A DNA stretch of 64,000 bases, taken from an uncultured Rhodospirillaceae bacterium (GTDB lineage Bacteria; Pseudomonadota; Alphaproteobacteria; UBA9219). The stretch spans positions 6,261-70,260 of the forward strand of contig CAZZDK010000009.1 of the NCBI GenBank assembly GCA_964652235.1, in the 5' to 3' direction. This document shows, piece by piece, positions 52,307 through 63,049 of the stretch (positions within the stretch are counted from its first letter, which is position 1; every line of letters starts with the position of its first letter). Both the position numbers and the translations under genes were made by a program. Under the pieces are notes generated by a model. It was not told the origin of the DNA and did no database searches. It worked only from the letters and a program-made list of their open reading frames with translations.

Positions 52307-53008
52307 TTAGTCTTTTAAGCCTTTATTCCGTCCGGCGAACGAACCGCTCCTCGCGACCGCTCGTGACCTAAACGAATTTCCTTTTCGCACCCTCTGTCTT
52401 AGATCACGAATAAGCAAAACCGCCCCGGACGGGTCGGTCCGGCTCTCTCTTTTTTCCGCGCTGAATGTCCAATATTTACGCGCCTCTGTCAATTCCGCAT
52501 CGGCCTTTTGGCCCTTCAAAAACAAACAAACCCCGTCCGACTTCAAAAAAGGCTTGGCCAAGGATAAAAGCTCGGCCAAAGGGGCCACAGCCCGCGCCGT
52601 CACGACATCGGCCCTTAAATTCCTGATTTTTTCCGCCCTCTCTTGATGAACCGTGACGTTCGGGGCCAGTTCGGCGGCCACTTTTTCCAAAAACCTGGCC
52701 TTTTTGCCGATACTTTCTATGAGGTGAACCTCTAAACCCCCCATGATGGCCAAAACCAGACCCGGAAAACCTGCCCCGCTGCCCAGATCGACCAGACAGG
52801 TTGTTTCCCGTGGTAAAAGGGCGAAAAGTTGGGCCGAATCCCAAAAATGCCTTTTCCAAAGATCCGGAATCGTGCTGGCGGCCACGAGGTTGATTTTTTC
52901 GTTCTCTTCAACCAAAAGCGTCGCGTAACGTTCTAATTTTATTCGCGTTTCACGAGGAACTTGATTTTCCTCGAAAAATTTTTCTTTGTTTTGAGTGGGT
53001 TGCGCCAT
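52307..53008 (-). CDS. rsmG: 16S rRNA (guanine527-N7)-methyltransferase RsmG
   Basis: SAM motif VDLGSGAGFPGLVLAI. Confidence 0.85.
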   Translation of the reverse strand: MAQPTQNKEKFFEENQVPRETRIKLERYATLLVEENEKINLVAASTIPDLWKRHFWDSAQLFALLPRETTCLVDLGSGAGFPGLVLAIMGGLEVHLIESIGKKARFLEKVAAELAPNVTVHQERAEKIRNLRADVVTARAVAPLAELLSLAKPFLKSDGVCLFLKGQKADAELTEARKYWTFSAEKRESRTDPSGAVLLIRDLRQRVRKGNSFRSRAVARSGSFAGRNKGLKD

Positions 53009-53009
53009 G

Positions 53010-54863
53010 TCAGCGTCTCTTGGCGTAACGCAAAAGAGCGATGGTCGCGGCAGGCGTCACGCCGGGAATTCGGGCCGCCGCGCCGAGGGTTTCCGGCTTG
53101 ATTTGCTTGAGTTTTTGGCGAATTTCGTTCGACAGACTGCCCACGGAATCGTAATCCAGATCAGCGGGCAGAATTAGGTTTTCGTCCCGCCGGAAAGCCT
53201 TAATGTCCGATTCCTGCCTTTCCTTATAGCCTTCATAGGCATTTTCGATCCGCATTTGCTCGAAAATCGCCGCCTCTATAGCGCCGATTTCCGGCCAAAG
53301 GGTCGAAAGATTCTCAAAAGTCGTTTCCGGATAAGCCAAAAGCTGCGCGGCGGTACGGCGCAGGCCGTCCTGATTCACGCGAAACCCCGCCTTGGCCAGT
53401 TCGGACGGCGAAGCCGTCAGATTTGATAAAAGAAGGCGGGCTTTTTCCAGTTTTTCCTTTTTGGCCTGAAAGGCCCTTTTTCTCGCCTCGCCGACGCACC
53501 CGATGGCGATCCCTTTATCCGTCAGGCGCTGATCGGCATTGTCGGCCCGAAGAGTCAGGCGATATTCCGCCCGCGAAGTGAACATCCGGTAAGGCTCGTT
53601 CGTGCCTTTGGTGATCAGATCGTCGATCATCACGCCGATATAGGCCTCGTCGCGCCCAAAGCTCACCGGCGGCGATCCTGCAAGCTTCAGGGCGGCGTTC
53701 AGGCCCGCCACCAGGCCTTGCGCCGCCGCTTCTTCATAGCCCGTCGTGGCGTTGATCTGCCCGGCGAAGTAAAGACCCGGCACAAGCTTGGTTTCCAGCG
53801 TCGCGCGCAAGCCGCGCGGATCGCAAAAATCGTACTCTACGGCATAGCCGTGGCGCAAAATCCGAACCTCTTCCAGGCCCGGAATGGAGTGGATCATAGC
53901 GTCCTGCACGTCGCGGGGCAGGGAGGTTGAGATGCCGTTGGGATAAACGGTGTCGTCATTCAGTCCCTCAGGCTCCAGGAAAATCTGGTGCCGCTCGCGA
54001 CCCGCGAAACGCACGATTTTATCTTCGATGGAGGGGCAATAGCGCGGTCCGATGCCCTGAATTTGGCCCGAAAAAAGAGGAGCGCGATGAAAGTTCGCGC
54101 GGATAATCTCATGCGTTTGCGGCGTGGTATGCGTGATGGCGCAGGCGATTTGCGGGTTTGTAACGGCCTCCGTTAGCGTCGAAAAAGGTTCCGGTGGAAC
54201 GTCGCCTTCCTGCCGCGCCAGATCCTTCCATTTGATGGTATTCCCATCGAGCCGCGCGGGCGTGCCCGTCTTAAGCCGCCCAAGCTCAAAGCCCAATGAT
54301 TTCAAAGAATTAGACAGACCCACCGACGGCGGCTCGCCGATCCTTCCGCCGACGATCTTTTCCTCGCCGATATGCATGAGCCCGTTCAAAAACGTGCCCG
54401 TGGTGACGATGGCGGCGCGGCCCCGAAAAGAAACGCCGTCCGCGCCGATGACGGTAAAAAAGCTGTTTTCGTCGCGTTCCAGCGCCTCGACCCGCATCGC
54501 GCGAAGCGTTAGGTTCGGCTGTTTTTCGAGCGCTTCGCGCATGAACTTGCGATAAAGCTGGCGGTCCGCCTGGCAGCGCGGGCCGCGCACCGCCGGACCT
54601 TTGCTGCGATTGAGGACGCGGAATTGAATGCCCGCCGCGTCGGCCACGCGGCCCATCAGCCCGTCGAGCGCGTCGATCTCACGCACCATCTGTCCCTTGC
54701 CGAGACCGCCGATGGCCGGATTGCAAGACATTTCGCCCAAGGTTTCGAGGGAAAGCGTGGCTAAAAGGGTCTTGGCTCCCAGCCGCGCGGACGCGGCGGC
54801 GGCCTCGGCGCCCGCATGGCCGCCGCCGATCACGATGACATCGAAAGTTTCCTGAACGCCCAT
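53010..54863 (-). CDS. mnmG: tRNA uridine 5-carboxymethylaminomethyl modification enzyme MnmG (start trimmed to [15 protein letters not shown])
   Basis: FAD motif [16 protein letters not shown]. 617 aa. Confidence 0.9.
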   Translation of the reverse strand: MGVQETFDVIVIGGGHAGAEAAAASARLGAKTLLATLSLETLGEMSCNPAIGGLGKGQMVREIDALDGLMGRVADAAGIQFRVLNRSKGPAVRGPRCQADRQLYRKFMREALEKQPNLTLRAMRVEALERDENSFFTVIGADGVSFRGRAAIVTTGTFLNGLMHIGEEKIVGGRIGEPPSVGLSNSLKSLGFELGRLKTGTPARLDGNTIKWKDLARQEGDVPPEPFSTLTEAVTNPQIACAITHTTPQTHEIIRANFHRAPLFSGQIQGIGPRYCPSIEDKIVRFAGRERHQIFLEPEGLNDDTVYPNGISTSLPRDVQDAMIHSIPGLEEVRILRHGYAVEYDFCDPRGLRATLETKLVPGLYFAGQINATTGYEEAAAQGLVAGLNAALKLAGSPPVSFGRDEAYIGVMIDDLITKGTNEPYRMFTSRAEYRLTLRADNADQRLTDKGIAIGCVGEARKRAFQAKKEKLEKARLLLSNLTASPSELAKAGFRVNQDGLRRTAAQLLAYPETTFENLSTLWPEIGAIEAAIFEQMRIENAYEGYKERQESDIKAFRRDENLILPADLDYDSVGSLSNEIRQKLKQIKPETLGAAARIPGVTPAATIALLRYAKRR

Positions 54864-55008
54864 CTTTTCCTGCTTTTCCGGAGCCGAAAGGGTATAGAGC
54901 GGAAAAGGGGGTGAAAGCAAATGGGGAGTGAGGGGCTGGACTTCGCGGAGAGGCTTGGTCCTTTTTGAAAAAGAGCGGTTATCCGGTTTGGCGCGAAAGG
55001 GGCGTTTC

Positions 55009-55635
55009 ATGAAATTTCTTGTCGAGGAAGCGCTGCGAGAGAAAAGCGCCGTCTGTCGAAAGATATTGGGCCTTTTGCCGCAATGGTTCGAGCTTCCTGA
55101 AGCCAGGAAACGCTATATTCAAGGCGTAGAGACAAAACCCATGTTTTGTTGTCGCCTGAACGAAACAAAAGAGATTGTCGGCTTTCTTTCTCTGCATGAC
55201 ACATCGGATTCTGCCGCAGAAATATACGTTATGGGGGTCATGCCCGATTATCATCATCAAGGCATCGGCACCGCTCTTGTGGAAGCGGCTTCGTCTTATG
55301 CCGCCGAAATGGGGCGTGTTTATTTAACCGTGAAAACTCTGTCCCCGGAACATCCCGATCCTCATTATGCCGTCACGCGACGTTTTTATGAAAAAGTCGG
55401 ATTCATGCCACTTGAAACATTTCCGACCCTATGGGGGCCGGAAAATCCGTGCCTTCTGATGAGAAAGATTCTGCGCGAGGGACAGGTTCCTCCCGGTCCC
55501 AAAAAACGGCGGAAAATAACAAGGACCCCCTGCAACGCCCCTGGATTGCCACGGCGCTTCGCGCCTCGCAACGACAGAAATGGGTGGGGGGAGCGGGTTT
55601 TACAGTTCTTCACTTCCCTATACAAAACTCGCTGA
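55009..55635 (+). CDS. GNAT-family N-acetyltransferase (start MKFLVEE; convergent 26-nt overlap with mnmE 3' end)
   Basis: Acetyl-CoA motif [13 protein letters not shown]. Confidence 0.6.
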   Translation: MKFLVEEALREKSAVCRKILGLLPQWFELPEARKRYIQGVETKPMFCCRLNETKEIVGFLSLHDTSDSAAEIYVMGVMPDYHHQGIGTALVEAASSYAAEMGRVYLTVKTLSPEHPDPHYAVTRRFYEKVGFMPLETFPTLWGPENPCLLMRKILREGQVPPGPKKRRKITRTPCNAPGLPRRFAPRNDRNGWGERVLQFFTSLYKTR

Positions 55636-56944
55636 AGATGACGTCGAGGAGGTCTTCGACGTCCACGCGGCCCGTGATGCGGCCCAAAGAGCGCAGGGCC
55701 AGGCGTAAATCTTCCGCGCAGAGCTCCGCGCCGTCCGCGATCAATGCGCGGCGCAGATGGGAAAGCGTTTCCTCCAGCGCCGTGCGGTGGCGTTGGCGCG
55801 TGAGGGCGGGGGCGGCTTCGCCCACGAAGCGGCGGTCGATTTCCTCGATGAGCCGCGCGGTCAGCGCGGCAAGGCCGTCGCCCGTCGTGTTGGAAACAAG
55901 GCTGGCGCCGGAAGCCAGGATTTCAGCCTTTTTCGCCTCGGCCAGCGCGTCTTTGCGCGTGACGACGACCAGCGCGTTTTCGTCTTCCAGCGCCGCCGTT
56001 TCCGCGTCTTTTTCGGGCCAGCGCGTTCCGTCAAACAAAAGCAGCTTGAAATCCGCCTGCTCAGCCCGCGCTCGCGCGCGGCGCACGCCTTCGGTTTCGA
56101 TCACGTCTTTCGTCTCGCGCAGCCCCGCCGTGTCCACAAGCGTCACGGGATAGCCGCCCAAATCCAAATGCACCTCGATCGCGTCGCGCGTCGTGCCGGG
56201 CGTTTCCGCGACAATGGCGGCTTCGCGCTTCGAAAGGGCGTTGAGCAAGCTTGATTTCCCCGCGTTCGGCGCGCCCAAAAGGGCCACGAAAAAGCCTTCG
56301 CGAATTTTCTCCCCGCGGCGGGCATCGTTCAAATGCGCGGCGATTTCCTTTTCCAAAAGCCGCGCGGCCTCCAGTCTCTCGGCTGCGATTTCCGGCGGCA
56401 ACTCTTCGTCGGCAAAGTCGATTTCAGCTTCGATAAAAGCCAACGCTTTTTTAAGCCGCTCCGCCCAGTCCCCGTAAAGACGGCCCAAAGCACCGTCCAT
56501 CTGCCGCAAAGCCTGGCGGCGCTGTGCCGTCGTTTCCGCGTCGATAAGGTCGGCCAGGCCTTCCGCTTCGGTCAAATCCATCTTGCCGTTTTCAAAGGCG
56601 CGGCGCGTATATTCGCCCGGCTCGGCAGGCCTAAAATCGTCGAGGGAACACAAAGCAGCCAGCGCCGCAGCCACCGTCGCCCGCCCGCCATGCAGGTGAA
56701 GCTCGGCCATGTCCTCGCCCGTAAAACTACGCGGCGCGGGGAACCAGAGGACCAGCGCCCGGTCGATTAGTTCGCCCGTTTTCGGGTCTTTCAGGGCGCG
56801 AAGGACGGCTCGGCGCGGCTCCGGCGGCTCGGCCTGGCGGCAAATTTCGGGGAAAACCGCCCGCGCATCGGGACCGGACACGCGCAAAACCGCCACGCCC
56901 GAACGGCCCGGCGCGGAAGCGAGCGCGACGATCGTTTTCTTCAT
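55610..56944 (-). CDS. mnmE: tRNA modification GTPase MnmE
   Basis: G1 GAPNAGKSSLLNAL, C-terminal CIGK. Confidence 0.9.
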   Translation of the reverse strand: MKKTIVALASAPGRSGVAVLRVSGPDARAVFPEICRQAEPPEPRRAVLRALKDPKTGELIDRALVLWFPAPRSFTGEDMAELHLHGGRATVAAALAALCSLDDFRPAEPGEYTRRAFENGKMDLTEAEGLADLIDAETTAQRRQALRQMDGALGRLYGDWAERLKKALAFIEAEIDFADEELPPEIAAERLEAARLLEKEIAAHLNDARRGEKIREGFFVALLGAPNAGKSSLLNALSKREAAIVAETPGTTRDAIEVHLDLGGYPVTLVDTAGLRETKDVIETEGVRRARARAEQADFKLLLFDGTRWPEKDAETAALEDENALVVVTRKDALAEAKKAEILASGASLVSNTTGDGLAALTARLIEEIDRRFVGEAAPALTRQRHRTALEETLSHLRRALIADGAELCAEDLRLALRSLGRITGRVDVEDLLDVIFSEFCIGK

Positions 56945-57228
56945 GCTTTCTTGTCGTTCAGCGTCATCATGGCCCCGGTCGTGCCGACCACGCCGGAAAC
57001 CATCTGTTGCAACTGGCCCCAGAACATTTTCTGCAACTGGTCCGCGCCCTGTATGCCGGCGGGCAGCCAGGTTTTGACCAGGCTTTCCGGGCTCATGGCC
57101 TGGATGTTCTGGCGCAGGCGGGCTTCAAGCTCGGCCATCAGGGCTTCCTGCATGGGCTTCACGTCAGGCAGGCCCATGAAAGTCCGCGCCTCTTCGGGCG
57201 TGCATTCGACGTTGATGGTAACTTTCAT
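56941..57228 (-). CDS. Hypothetical small protein translationally coupled to mnmE
   Basis: 95-aa ORF; ATGA overlap with mnmE start. Confidence 0.5.
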   Translation of the reverse strand: MKVTINVECTPEEARTFMGLPDVKPMQEALMAELEARLRQNIQAMSPESLVKTWLPAGIQGADQLQKMFWGQLQQMVSGVVGTTGAMMTLNDKKA

Positions 57229-57296
57229 GAAGCGGCCTTTCGAAAAGAGGGCGGGAGCGGCATTTTAGAAGGCCGGGGGGACGGGAGCAAGATGAA

Positions 57297-59342
57297 TTGT
57301 CTTGCACGACGCTTGCCGTTAGTCTCCTCTCCATGAAAAAAACCCTTTCCTTTTTCATTCCCTTCGCCCTTCTCCTTCTCGCCCAGGCCGGGTTCGTCGC
57401 GTTGTTCCTTTTCAAGGAAAAGGCCCTCCCCTTTTGGGATTACGCCATGTATGCCGATATGGCGCAAAGCTGGTTTTCGCAAAGCGATCCGTTTCGATCT
57501 TTCTGGCAAAGCTTCGATGAAAATTACAATCTGCTTTTCGCCCTGCCTTCTTTTCTGACTTTCTCCCTTTTCGGGCCGTCGCGTCTCGTTTTCATCGAAA
57601 CCAACTTTTTCTTTTTCGCGGCGCAGGAAGCGGCTCTGGCCTTTTGCCTTGTTTCCCTGTTCGGTTTTTCCTGGAGAAAAGCTCTTTGGTGGGCCTTCGG
57701 CCTTTGTTCCCTTCTGCCGTTTTTCTGGCACCCGCTTCTTCACGGCTATCCGGATCACGCGGCGGGGGCCTGCCTGACCTTCGCTTTAGGGTGGGGACTC
57801 AAAGATCGTCGTTCCTGGCGCGCGGCTGTTTATGCGGGGTTGTTTTTGGGGTTTGCGATCGTTTTTCGCCGTCATTTTGCTTATCCGGCCCTGGCCTTGA
57901 CGGCGGTTTTCGCCGCAACGGACGTTTGGCGGCGCTCCCCCCTTTTAAGTCTGGTCCGTTTTTACGTCCCGCTCGGCGCGACGGCTTTGGCTGTTTTGCT
58001 TCTCCTGGAGCCGGGATATTTGCAAACCATGCTTTTGACGGATTTTCAGGCGCTTTATAAAGCCTACGAAAAAACTCCCTCGGCTTTCGCCTTTTTTCTC
58101 GCCGGCCGTTTGGGGCTGCTTGTTCTTCTGCCTGCTTTGGCCGGTTATGTTTTAGGCTTTTCTTCCTGGCCGGAGCGCCGGGAAGGGTTGGCGGTCGTTT
58201 TTCTTTTCGGCCTCGTCTGGTTCGGCCTGTGGGGCTTCGGGCCGGGCCAGGCCAGCGAGCATTATCTTTTGTCCGCGCCGCCCGTTTTTTGCCTTGTGGG
58301 TCTTGTCTGCTTTTTCGGCCTTTTGAGAAACCGCGCCTGGGCCGTCGCTTTCGGCCTTGTTTTGGCGGCGAACGCGGCGAACGCCCTGTGGTTTGCCGAA
58401 AATTTCCCTTTGCCGAGCGATCCGCCCGCCTTATCTTTTCTAAGCTCGCCGCACCCGCCGTGGGTCCGCGCAGACCGGGAAGAGCTTTCGCGCCTCGCGC
58501 TTTATCTTGAGCAAACCACGTGGGAGACTGACCGGATCGCCATCGTGGCCTCGTCCTTTATTCTCAACCAGGATCTTCTGGGCCGCGTTTTCAGGGACGT
58601 TTTGAAAAAGCCGTCGCTTTTGCGGCGCCTCCTTTTCGTTTCGGAGGTGGACTTCGTTCAGCCGCCTTCTTTCGACGCTTTCGCGGGGGCCAACGTTTAC
58701 GTGGTTCCTGAGCCGACGCAGTATCATCTCGCCCCCGAAGGGCAAAAGGTTCTCGGCGCGTTCGCTTCTCTGTTTCCGCCGCCGCCCGCGTTGGCGCCTT
58801 TCTTCAAAAAAGATTCCGAAACCTTCGCGCTGGAAAGGGGCGTGGTCGTCCACGTCTGGCGGCGCGAGGCGTTTCCACCGCCCGTCCTTCACGCCGGTCT
58901 TTCCCTTATGCGGCAAAAGGCGGACGCGCCGATTGATTGGGTCGTTTTGCGGCGCGGGCCTTTCGCCGCGCTGGAGCCGGGGCATGGCGGAACGACGCAT
59001 TCGCGTCTCGGCTTCGCGCCGAAGGCCCATGAAGCCTGGCTGTTTTTTGATCGGCCTTTGCCGCCGGGCGCTTACCGCTTAAGCGCGGAAGTCGCGGCGC
59101 AGCCTGTTTGTCTCGATCCGCGCTTGACGGTGCGCGTTTGGGGCGAGAAGAACGGTGTTTTTTACGAACATACGGGCCAGCCCGTTCAAAATCCCGGCCT
59201 TTATTTCGCGCCTTTCGTTTTGCCGAATACAGAGGGCGGTCGCTTTTTTCTTTCTCTTGGGGTATCCTCGCGCGCGCTTGGCTTTTGTTCCGTTTTCCTG
59301 CGGGGCCTTCGCCTGGAAGCTCCTTCTACGTTCTTTCCTTAA
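57297..59342 (+). CDS. Polytopic membrane protein with C-terminal soluble domain; putative ArnT/PMT/GT39-83-like glycosyltransferase or DUF2079-like
   Basis: ~12 predicted TM helices in the first 400 aa, C-terminal 250-aa soluble domain. Function inferred from architecture only. Confidence 0.55.
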   Translation: MSCTTLAVSLLSMKKTLSFFIPFALLLLAQAGFVALFLFKEKALPFWDYAMYADMAQSWFSQSDPFRSFWQSFDENYNLLFALPSFLTFSLFGPSRLVFIETNFFFFAAQEAALAFCLVSLFGFSWRKALWWAFGLCSLLPFFWHPLLHGYPDHAAGACLTFALGWGLKDRRSWRAAVYAGLFLGFAIVFRRHFAYPALALTAVFAATDVWRRSPLLSLVRFYVPLGATALAVLLLLEPGYLQTMLLTDFQALYKAYEKTPSAFAFFLAGRLGLLVLLPALAGYVLGFSSWPERREGLAVVFLFGLVWFGLWGFGPGQASEHYLLSAPPVFCLVGLVCFFGLLRNRAWAVAFGLVLAANAANALWFAENFPLPSDPPALSFLSSPHPPWVRADREELSRLALYLEQTTWETDRIAIVASSFILNQDLLGRVFRDVLKKPSLLRRLLFVSEVDFVQPPSFDAFAGANVYVVPEPTQYHLAPEGQKVLGAFASLFPPPPALAPFFKKDSETFALERGVVVHVWRREAFPPPVLHAGLSLMRQKADAPIDWVVLRRGPFAALEPGHGGTTHSRLGFAPKAHEAWLFFDRPLPPGAYRLSAEVAAQPVCLDPRLTVRVWGEKNGVFYEHTGQPVQNPGLYFAPFVLPNTEGGRFFLSLGVSSRALGFCSVFLRGLRLEAPSTFFP

Positions 59343-59351
59343 GTCCGCCTC

Positions 59352-60041
59352 ATGCCTGATATTCAAATCGCCTCTCTCGACGGCTCTTCTCTTTCCGCCT
59401 ATGTCGCGCCGCCTCCCGGCGGCAACGGGCCGGGCCTGCTTTTCGTTCACGAAATTTTCGGCCTGAACCCCGCTATGAGAAAAACCTGCGACGCTTTCGC
59501 GGCCAAGGGATTCATTTCTCTTTGCCCCGACCTGTTCGGTCGCCAGGGCGGCCAGCTTTTTTCCGCAGAGCCGGATTGGGAGCAAGCTTCGCGCCTTTAT
59601 AAAAACTTCGACATCGAGGCCGCGTTGCGCGATCTGCTCGCCGCCCTCGCGCATCTGAGGCAAATGCCGGGCTGCGCGGGAAAAGTCGGGGTCGTCGGGT
59701 CTTGCCTCGGCGCAAGACTGGCTTTTTTGATGGCGGCGCGCAGCGATGTTGATTGCTCCGTCTGTTACGACGGCGTGGGGATTGATTCCCTCCTCGACGA
59801 GGCCTACGACATTCGCAAGCCCCTTTTGCTTCATGTCGGCGAAAAGGACAAATTGTTTCCCCCGGCGGCGCAGAAAAAGGTTCTGCACGTTCTTTCGCGA
59901 AATCCCGCTTTATGCGTGCATATTTATCCCCGCGTGGAACACGGCTTCGCGCGGCGCGGCGGGGCCTCCTTTCATCCCGAAGCGGCGGCGTTGGCGTTGG
60001 CGCGGACAGAATCTTTCCTGAAAGATCATTTGCTGAAATAA
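59352..60041 (+). CDS. Dienelactone hydrolase family protein
   Basis: GPGLLFVHEIFGL and nucleophile context VGSCLGA. Confidence 0.8.
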   Translation: MPDIQIASLDGSSLSAYVAPPPGGNGPGLLFVHEIFGLNPAMRKTCDAFAAKGFISLCPDLFGRQGGQLFSAEPDWEQASRLYKNFDIEAALRDLLAALAHLRQMPGCAGKVGVVGSCLGARLAFLMAARSDVDCSVCYDGVGIDSLLDEAYDIRKPLLLHVGEKDKLFPPAAQKKVLHVLSRNPALCVHIYPRVEHGFARRGGASFHPEAAALALARTESFLKDHLLK

Positions 60042-60725
60042 TCAGCTCGCCTTTTTCCATAGCGCGTTTTTGATCTTTTCCAGAAAGGCTTCATGGGCCT
60101 TTCTTTCTTCTTCGCTGGGCGCATGGGGCCGCGGTTCCCGCCGCGCGCGAAGAACGGTTTTTTCTTCGCTTCCCCTTGCCCGCGTTTTCTCTCGGTCTAT
60201 GTCCAAGCCCGGTTGGCGGCCGCCGCAAAGCTCCAGATAGACGTCGGCCAAAAGCCGCGCGTCGAGAAGGGCGCCGTGAAAATCCCTTTCCGAAAGATCG
60301 ACGCCGAATCTCCTACATAAGGCGTCGAGCGAAGCGGGCGCGCCGGGAAATTGGCGGCGCGCCATTGCCAGCGTATCCGTCACGCGCGCCATCGGTAAGG
60401 GGGGAAAGCCAAGCCGCGCCAGTTCCGCGTTGATAAAGCCCATATCGAAAGGCGCGTTATGAATGACCAGCGGATCTCCGGCGATGAATTCCAAAAAACC
60501 GTCCGCTTCCGCGGCAAAGACGGGCTTGTCCGCGAGAAAATCGTTCGTCAGTCCGTGAATCTGTGCCGCTTCGTCCGGCATATCGCGTTCCGGGTTGAAA
60601 TAGCGGTGATAGGTCCGGCCCGTCGGCAAACGGCCTTCAAGCTCGACGCAGCCTATCTCGACCAGCCGATCCCCCTGCAGGGGGTTAAGTCCGGTTGTTT
60701 CCGTATCAATAACGATTTCTCTCAT
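60042..60725 (-). CDS. dnaQ: DNA polymerase III epsilon subunit (3'-5' exonuclease)
   Basis: Exo I motif VIDTETTGL. Confidence 0.85.
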   Translation of the reverse strand: MREIVIDTETTGLNPLQGDRLVEIGCVELEGRLPTGRTYHRYFNPERDMPDEAAQIHGLTNDFLADKPVFAAEADGFLEFIAGDPLVIHNAPFDMGFINAELARLGFPPLPMARVTDTLAMARRQFPGAPASLDALCRRFGVDLSERDFHGALLDARLLADVYLELCGGRQPGLDIDREKTRARGSEEKTVLRARREPRPHAPSEEERKAHEAFLEKIKNALWKKAS

Positions 60726-61332
60726 TTTTTTTCCTCGACAAAAGGGCGGCCCAAACGGCGCGCGTTTGTTTTTTCGCGGCGGAGAAGCCTTCGTCCGTTT
60801 CGATCACGAAATCCGCGCGGCGACGTTTTTCGGCGTCCGGCATTTGGCCTGCGCAAATAGCGCGGAATTTCGCCTGGGTCATGTTTTTGCGTTTCAAAAC
60901 GCGTTTTTTTTGAAGCGCGGGGCGTGTCGTTACGCAAATCGTCGTATCGACGTTTTTGTCTTCGCCCGTTTCGAATAAAAGAGGGATTTCGAGAAGAACG
61001 ACGGGGGCTTTTTCTTCTCCGGCCTTTTTGAGAAAAGCGCGGCGTTCGGCCCAAACAAGCGGATGAATTATTTTTTCAAGCGCCCGGCGTTCTTCAGGAT
61101 TTTGAAAAACGATGGCACCGAGCCGTTTTCGACTGATTTTGCCCCCAACCAAGGCCTGCGGGAACCGTCGCGCCACGGCGGCAAAGGCCTTGCCTTCGGG
61201 TCGCAAAAGGGCGTGGACCGTTTGGTCCGCATCGAAAAGGCGCGCCCCCAAACGAACGAACTGTCGTGCCGTCACGCTTTTTCCCGCGCCGATAGAGCCG
61301 GTTAGGCCGATTATAAGAGGGCGGCGGCTCAT
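60706..61332 (-). CDS. coaE: Dephospho-CoA kinase
   Basis: P-loop GLTGSIGAGKS. Confidence 0.85.
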   Translation of the reverse strand: MSRRPLIIGLTGSIGAGKSVTARQFVRLGARLFDADQTVHALLRPEGKAFAAVARRFPQALVGGKISRKRLGAIVFQNPEERRALEKIIHPLVWAERRAFLKKAGEEKAPVVLLEIPLLFETGEDKNVDTTICVTTRPALQKKRVLKRKNMTQAKFRAICAGQMPDAEKRRRADFVIETDEGFSAAKKQTRAVWAALLSRKKNERNRY

Positions 61333-62192
61333 GCTTGCCCCAAGACGAAGGCGCGAAGCGCCGGGGTGACTTCGGGGTCTTTTCCGAACCAGGCGGCAAA
61401 GCCTGCGCGCGCCTGATGAAGCAACATACCGAGACCGTCCACGCTTTTAAGGCCCCTTTCCCGCGCCTGTTTCAAAAGGGGCGTCTCAAGCGGCGCGTAA
61501 ACGACATCTGTAACCCAGGCGTCCGGGGCCAAGGGAAAAAGATCGACGGGAAGGGGCGGGTTTCCCTTCATGCCGAGAGAGGTGGCGTTGATAAAGAGGC
61601 TTGCTTCTTCCAGCGCCCGCGGAGCTTCTTTTTCCGCAAATATTCTGACGGTTCCGAAGTCGCTCAAATCTTCGGCCAGTTTTTCGGCCCTCGCTCTGTT
61701 TCTGTTGATCAGCCTGATATCTTGAAAGCCCATGGATTGAAGCGCCGCCAGGACCGCCCGCCCCGCGCCGCCCGCACCCCAAAGGGCGGCGATAGGCCGC
61801 GAAGCGCTCAAAGAAAACCCGGCTTCCTTTAAATTTTCGGCAAAGCCGAAAACATCCGTGTTGCTTCCCCTTATTCTGCCGTTCGCGAGGACCTCCAGCG
61901 TATTGACGGCGCCTATTTTCGCTGCCTGCGGATCCAGGTCGTCAACAAAGGCGAGGGCTTTTTCCTTATGCGGGATTGTGAGGTTGCATCCCCTGAATCC
62001 GAAAGCCGTCAAGGCCCGAACCGCTTCTTCAAGCCGTTCAGGCGGGACCGGCATGGGGATGTACGTCCCGTCTATGCCGTAAAGGCGAAGCCAATAGCCA
62101 TGAAGCTTCGGCGACAGCGTATGGCTGACGGGCCAACCCATCACGCCCGCGACAAGGGCTTTCCCGGTTAATGGTCCTTTCTGTTCCTTCAT
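61329..62192 (-). CDS. aroE: Shikimate dehydrogenase
   Basis: Substrate-binding GWPVSHTLSPKLH, NADP motif GAGGAGRAV. Confidence 0.85.
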   Translation of the reverse strand: MKEQKGPLTGKALVAGVMGWPVSHTLSPKLHGYWLRLYGIDGTYIPMPVPPERLEEAVRALTAFGFRGCNLTIPHKEKALAFVDDLDPQAAKIGAVNTLEVLANGRIRGSNTDVFGFAENLKEAGFSLSASRPIAALWGAGGAGRAVLAALQSMGFQDIRLINRNRARAEKLAEDLSDFGTVRIFAEKEAPRALEEASLFINATSLGMKGNPPLPVDLFPLAPDAWVTDVVYAPLETPLLKQARERGLKSVDGLGMLLHQARAGFAAWFGKDPEVTPALRAFVLGQA

Positions 62193-63049
62193 GTGCTTTC
62201 CCTCTCTTTTTCTCTTATCTCTCTTTCGAGTATCTTTTTATTCAAAAGCATCATGACTTCAGCCGCCGTTTCTTCGATGGAGCGGCGGGAAACGTCGATT
62301 ACGGGGCAACCGAGGCGGGCGAAAAATCTTTTGGCTTCTTGAACTTCCTCTCTCACTTTTTCAAGATTGGTGTAGTCGCTTTCTTCCTTTCCCGAAAGGA
62401 CCTTGAGTCGCGAGAGCCTCGTCTCCACGAGGGATTCCGCGTCCTTCGTCAGGCCGACGATCAAGGGTTTCGTCAAGGTCGAAAAATCGATACCCAAAGG
62501 AACCCCGGGAACGAGCGGAACGTTGGCGGCCTTAATTCCCCTATGGGAAAGATAAATACAGGTCGGCGTTTTGGACGTCCGGGAAACGCCCAATATTACG
62601 ACATCAGCTTCATCCAGTTTTTCAATCTTGTTTCCGTCGTCCAATGAAAGAGCGTAATCCATCGCCTCAATGCGCGCGAAATAATCTTCGTCCAAAGCGT
62701 GCTGTTTTCCCGGATCCCTGGCCGCCTTTTCTCCGAAAAAGGCGCTCATGGCCAGTAAAACGGGATCGAGAACGGCATGGTTCGGCAGATCGTTTTTACG
62801 GCAAAACTGAATAAGCTCAGCGCGAAGCGTTTCATCTATAAAGGTAAAGAGGACAAGGCCCGGCCATTGGCGAAGCCCCTCCTTGACAAGATCCAGTTGC
62901 CTTTTGGTGCGAATGAGACTCCAAAAATGCTCTTGAATCTCAAGCGTTTTGAACTGAACGAGGCAAGCGCGCGCGATGCTGTTGATCGTTTCCCCTGTCG
63001 CATCGGATACGAGATGAACGTGGAAAGTCTTTTTTTCGGTTTCATTCAC
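62189..63049 (-). CDS. Pyruvate, phosphate dikinase / PEP synthase regulatory protein (DUF299 kinase-pyrophosphorylase)
   Basis: N-terminal FHVHLVSDATGET, P-loop ILGVSRTSKTP. Confidence 0.8.
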   Translation of the reverse strand: MNETEKKTFHVHLVSDATGETINSIARACLVQFKTLEIQEHFWSLIRTKRQLDLVKEGLRQWPGLVLFTFIDETLRAELIQFCRKNDLPNHAVLDPVLLAMSAFFGEKAARDPGKQHALDEDYFARIEAMDYALSLDDGNKIEKLDEADVVILGVSRTSKTPTCIYLSHRGIKAANVPLVPGVPLGIDFSTLTKPLIVGLTKDAESLVETRLSRLKVLSGKEESDYTNLEKVREEVQEAKRFFARLGCPVIDVSRRSIEETAAEVMMLLNKKILEREIREKEREST

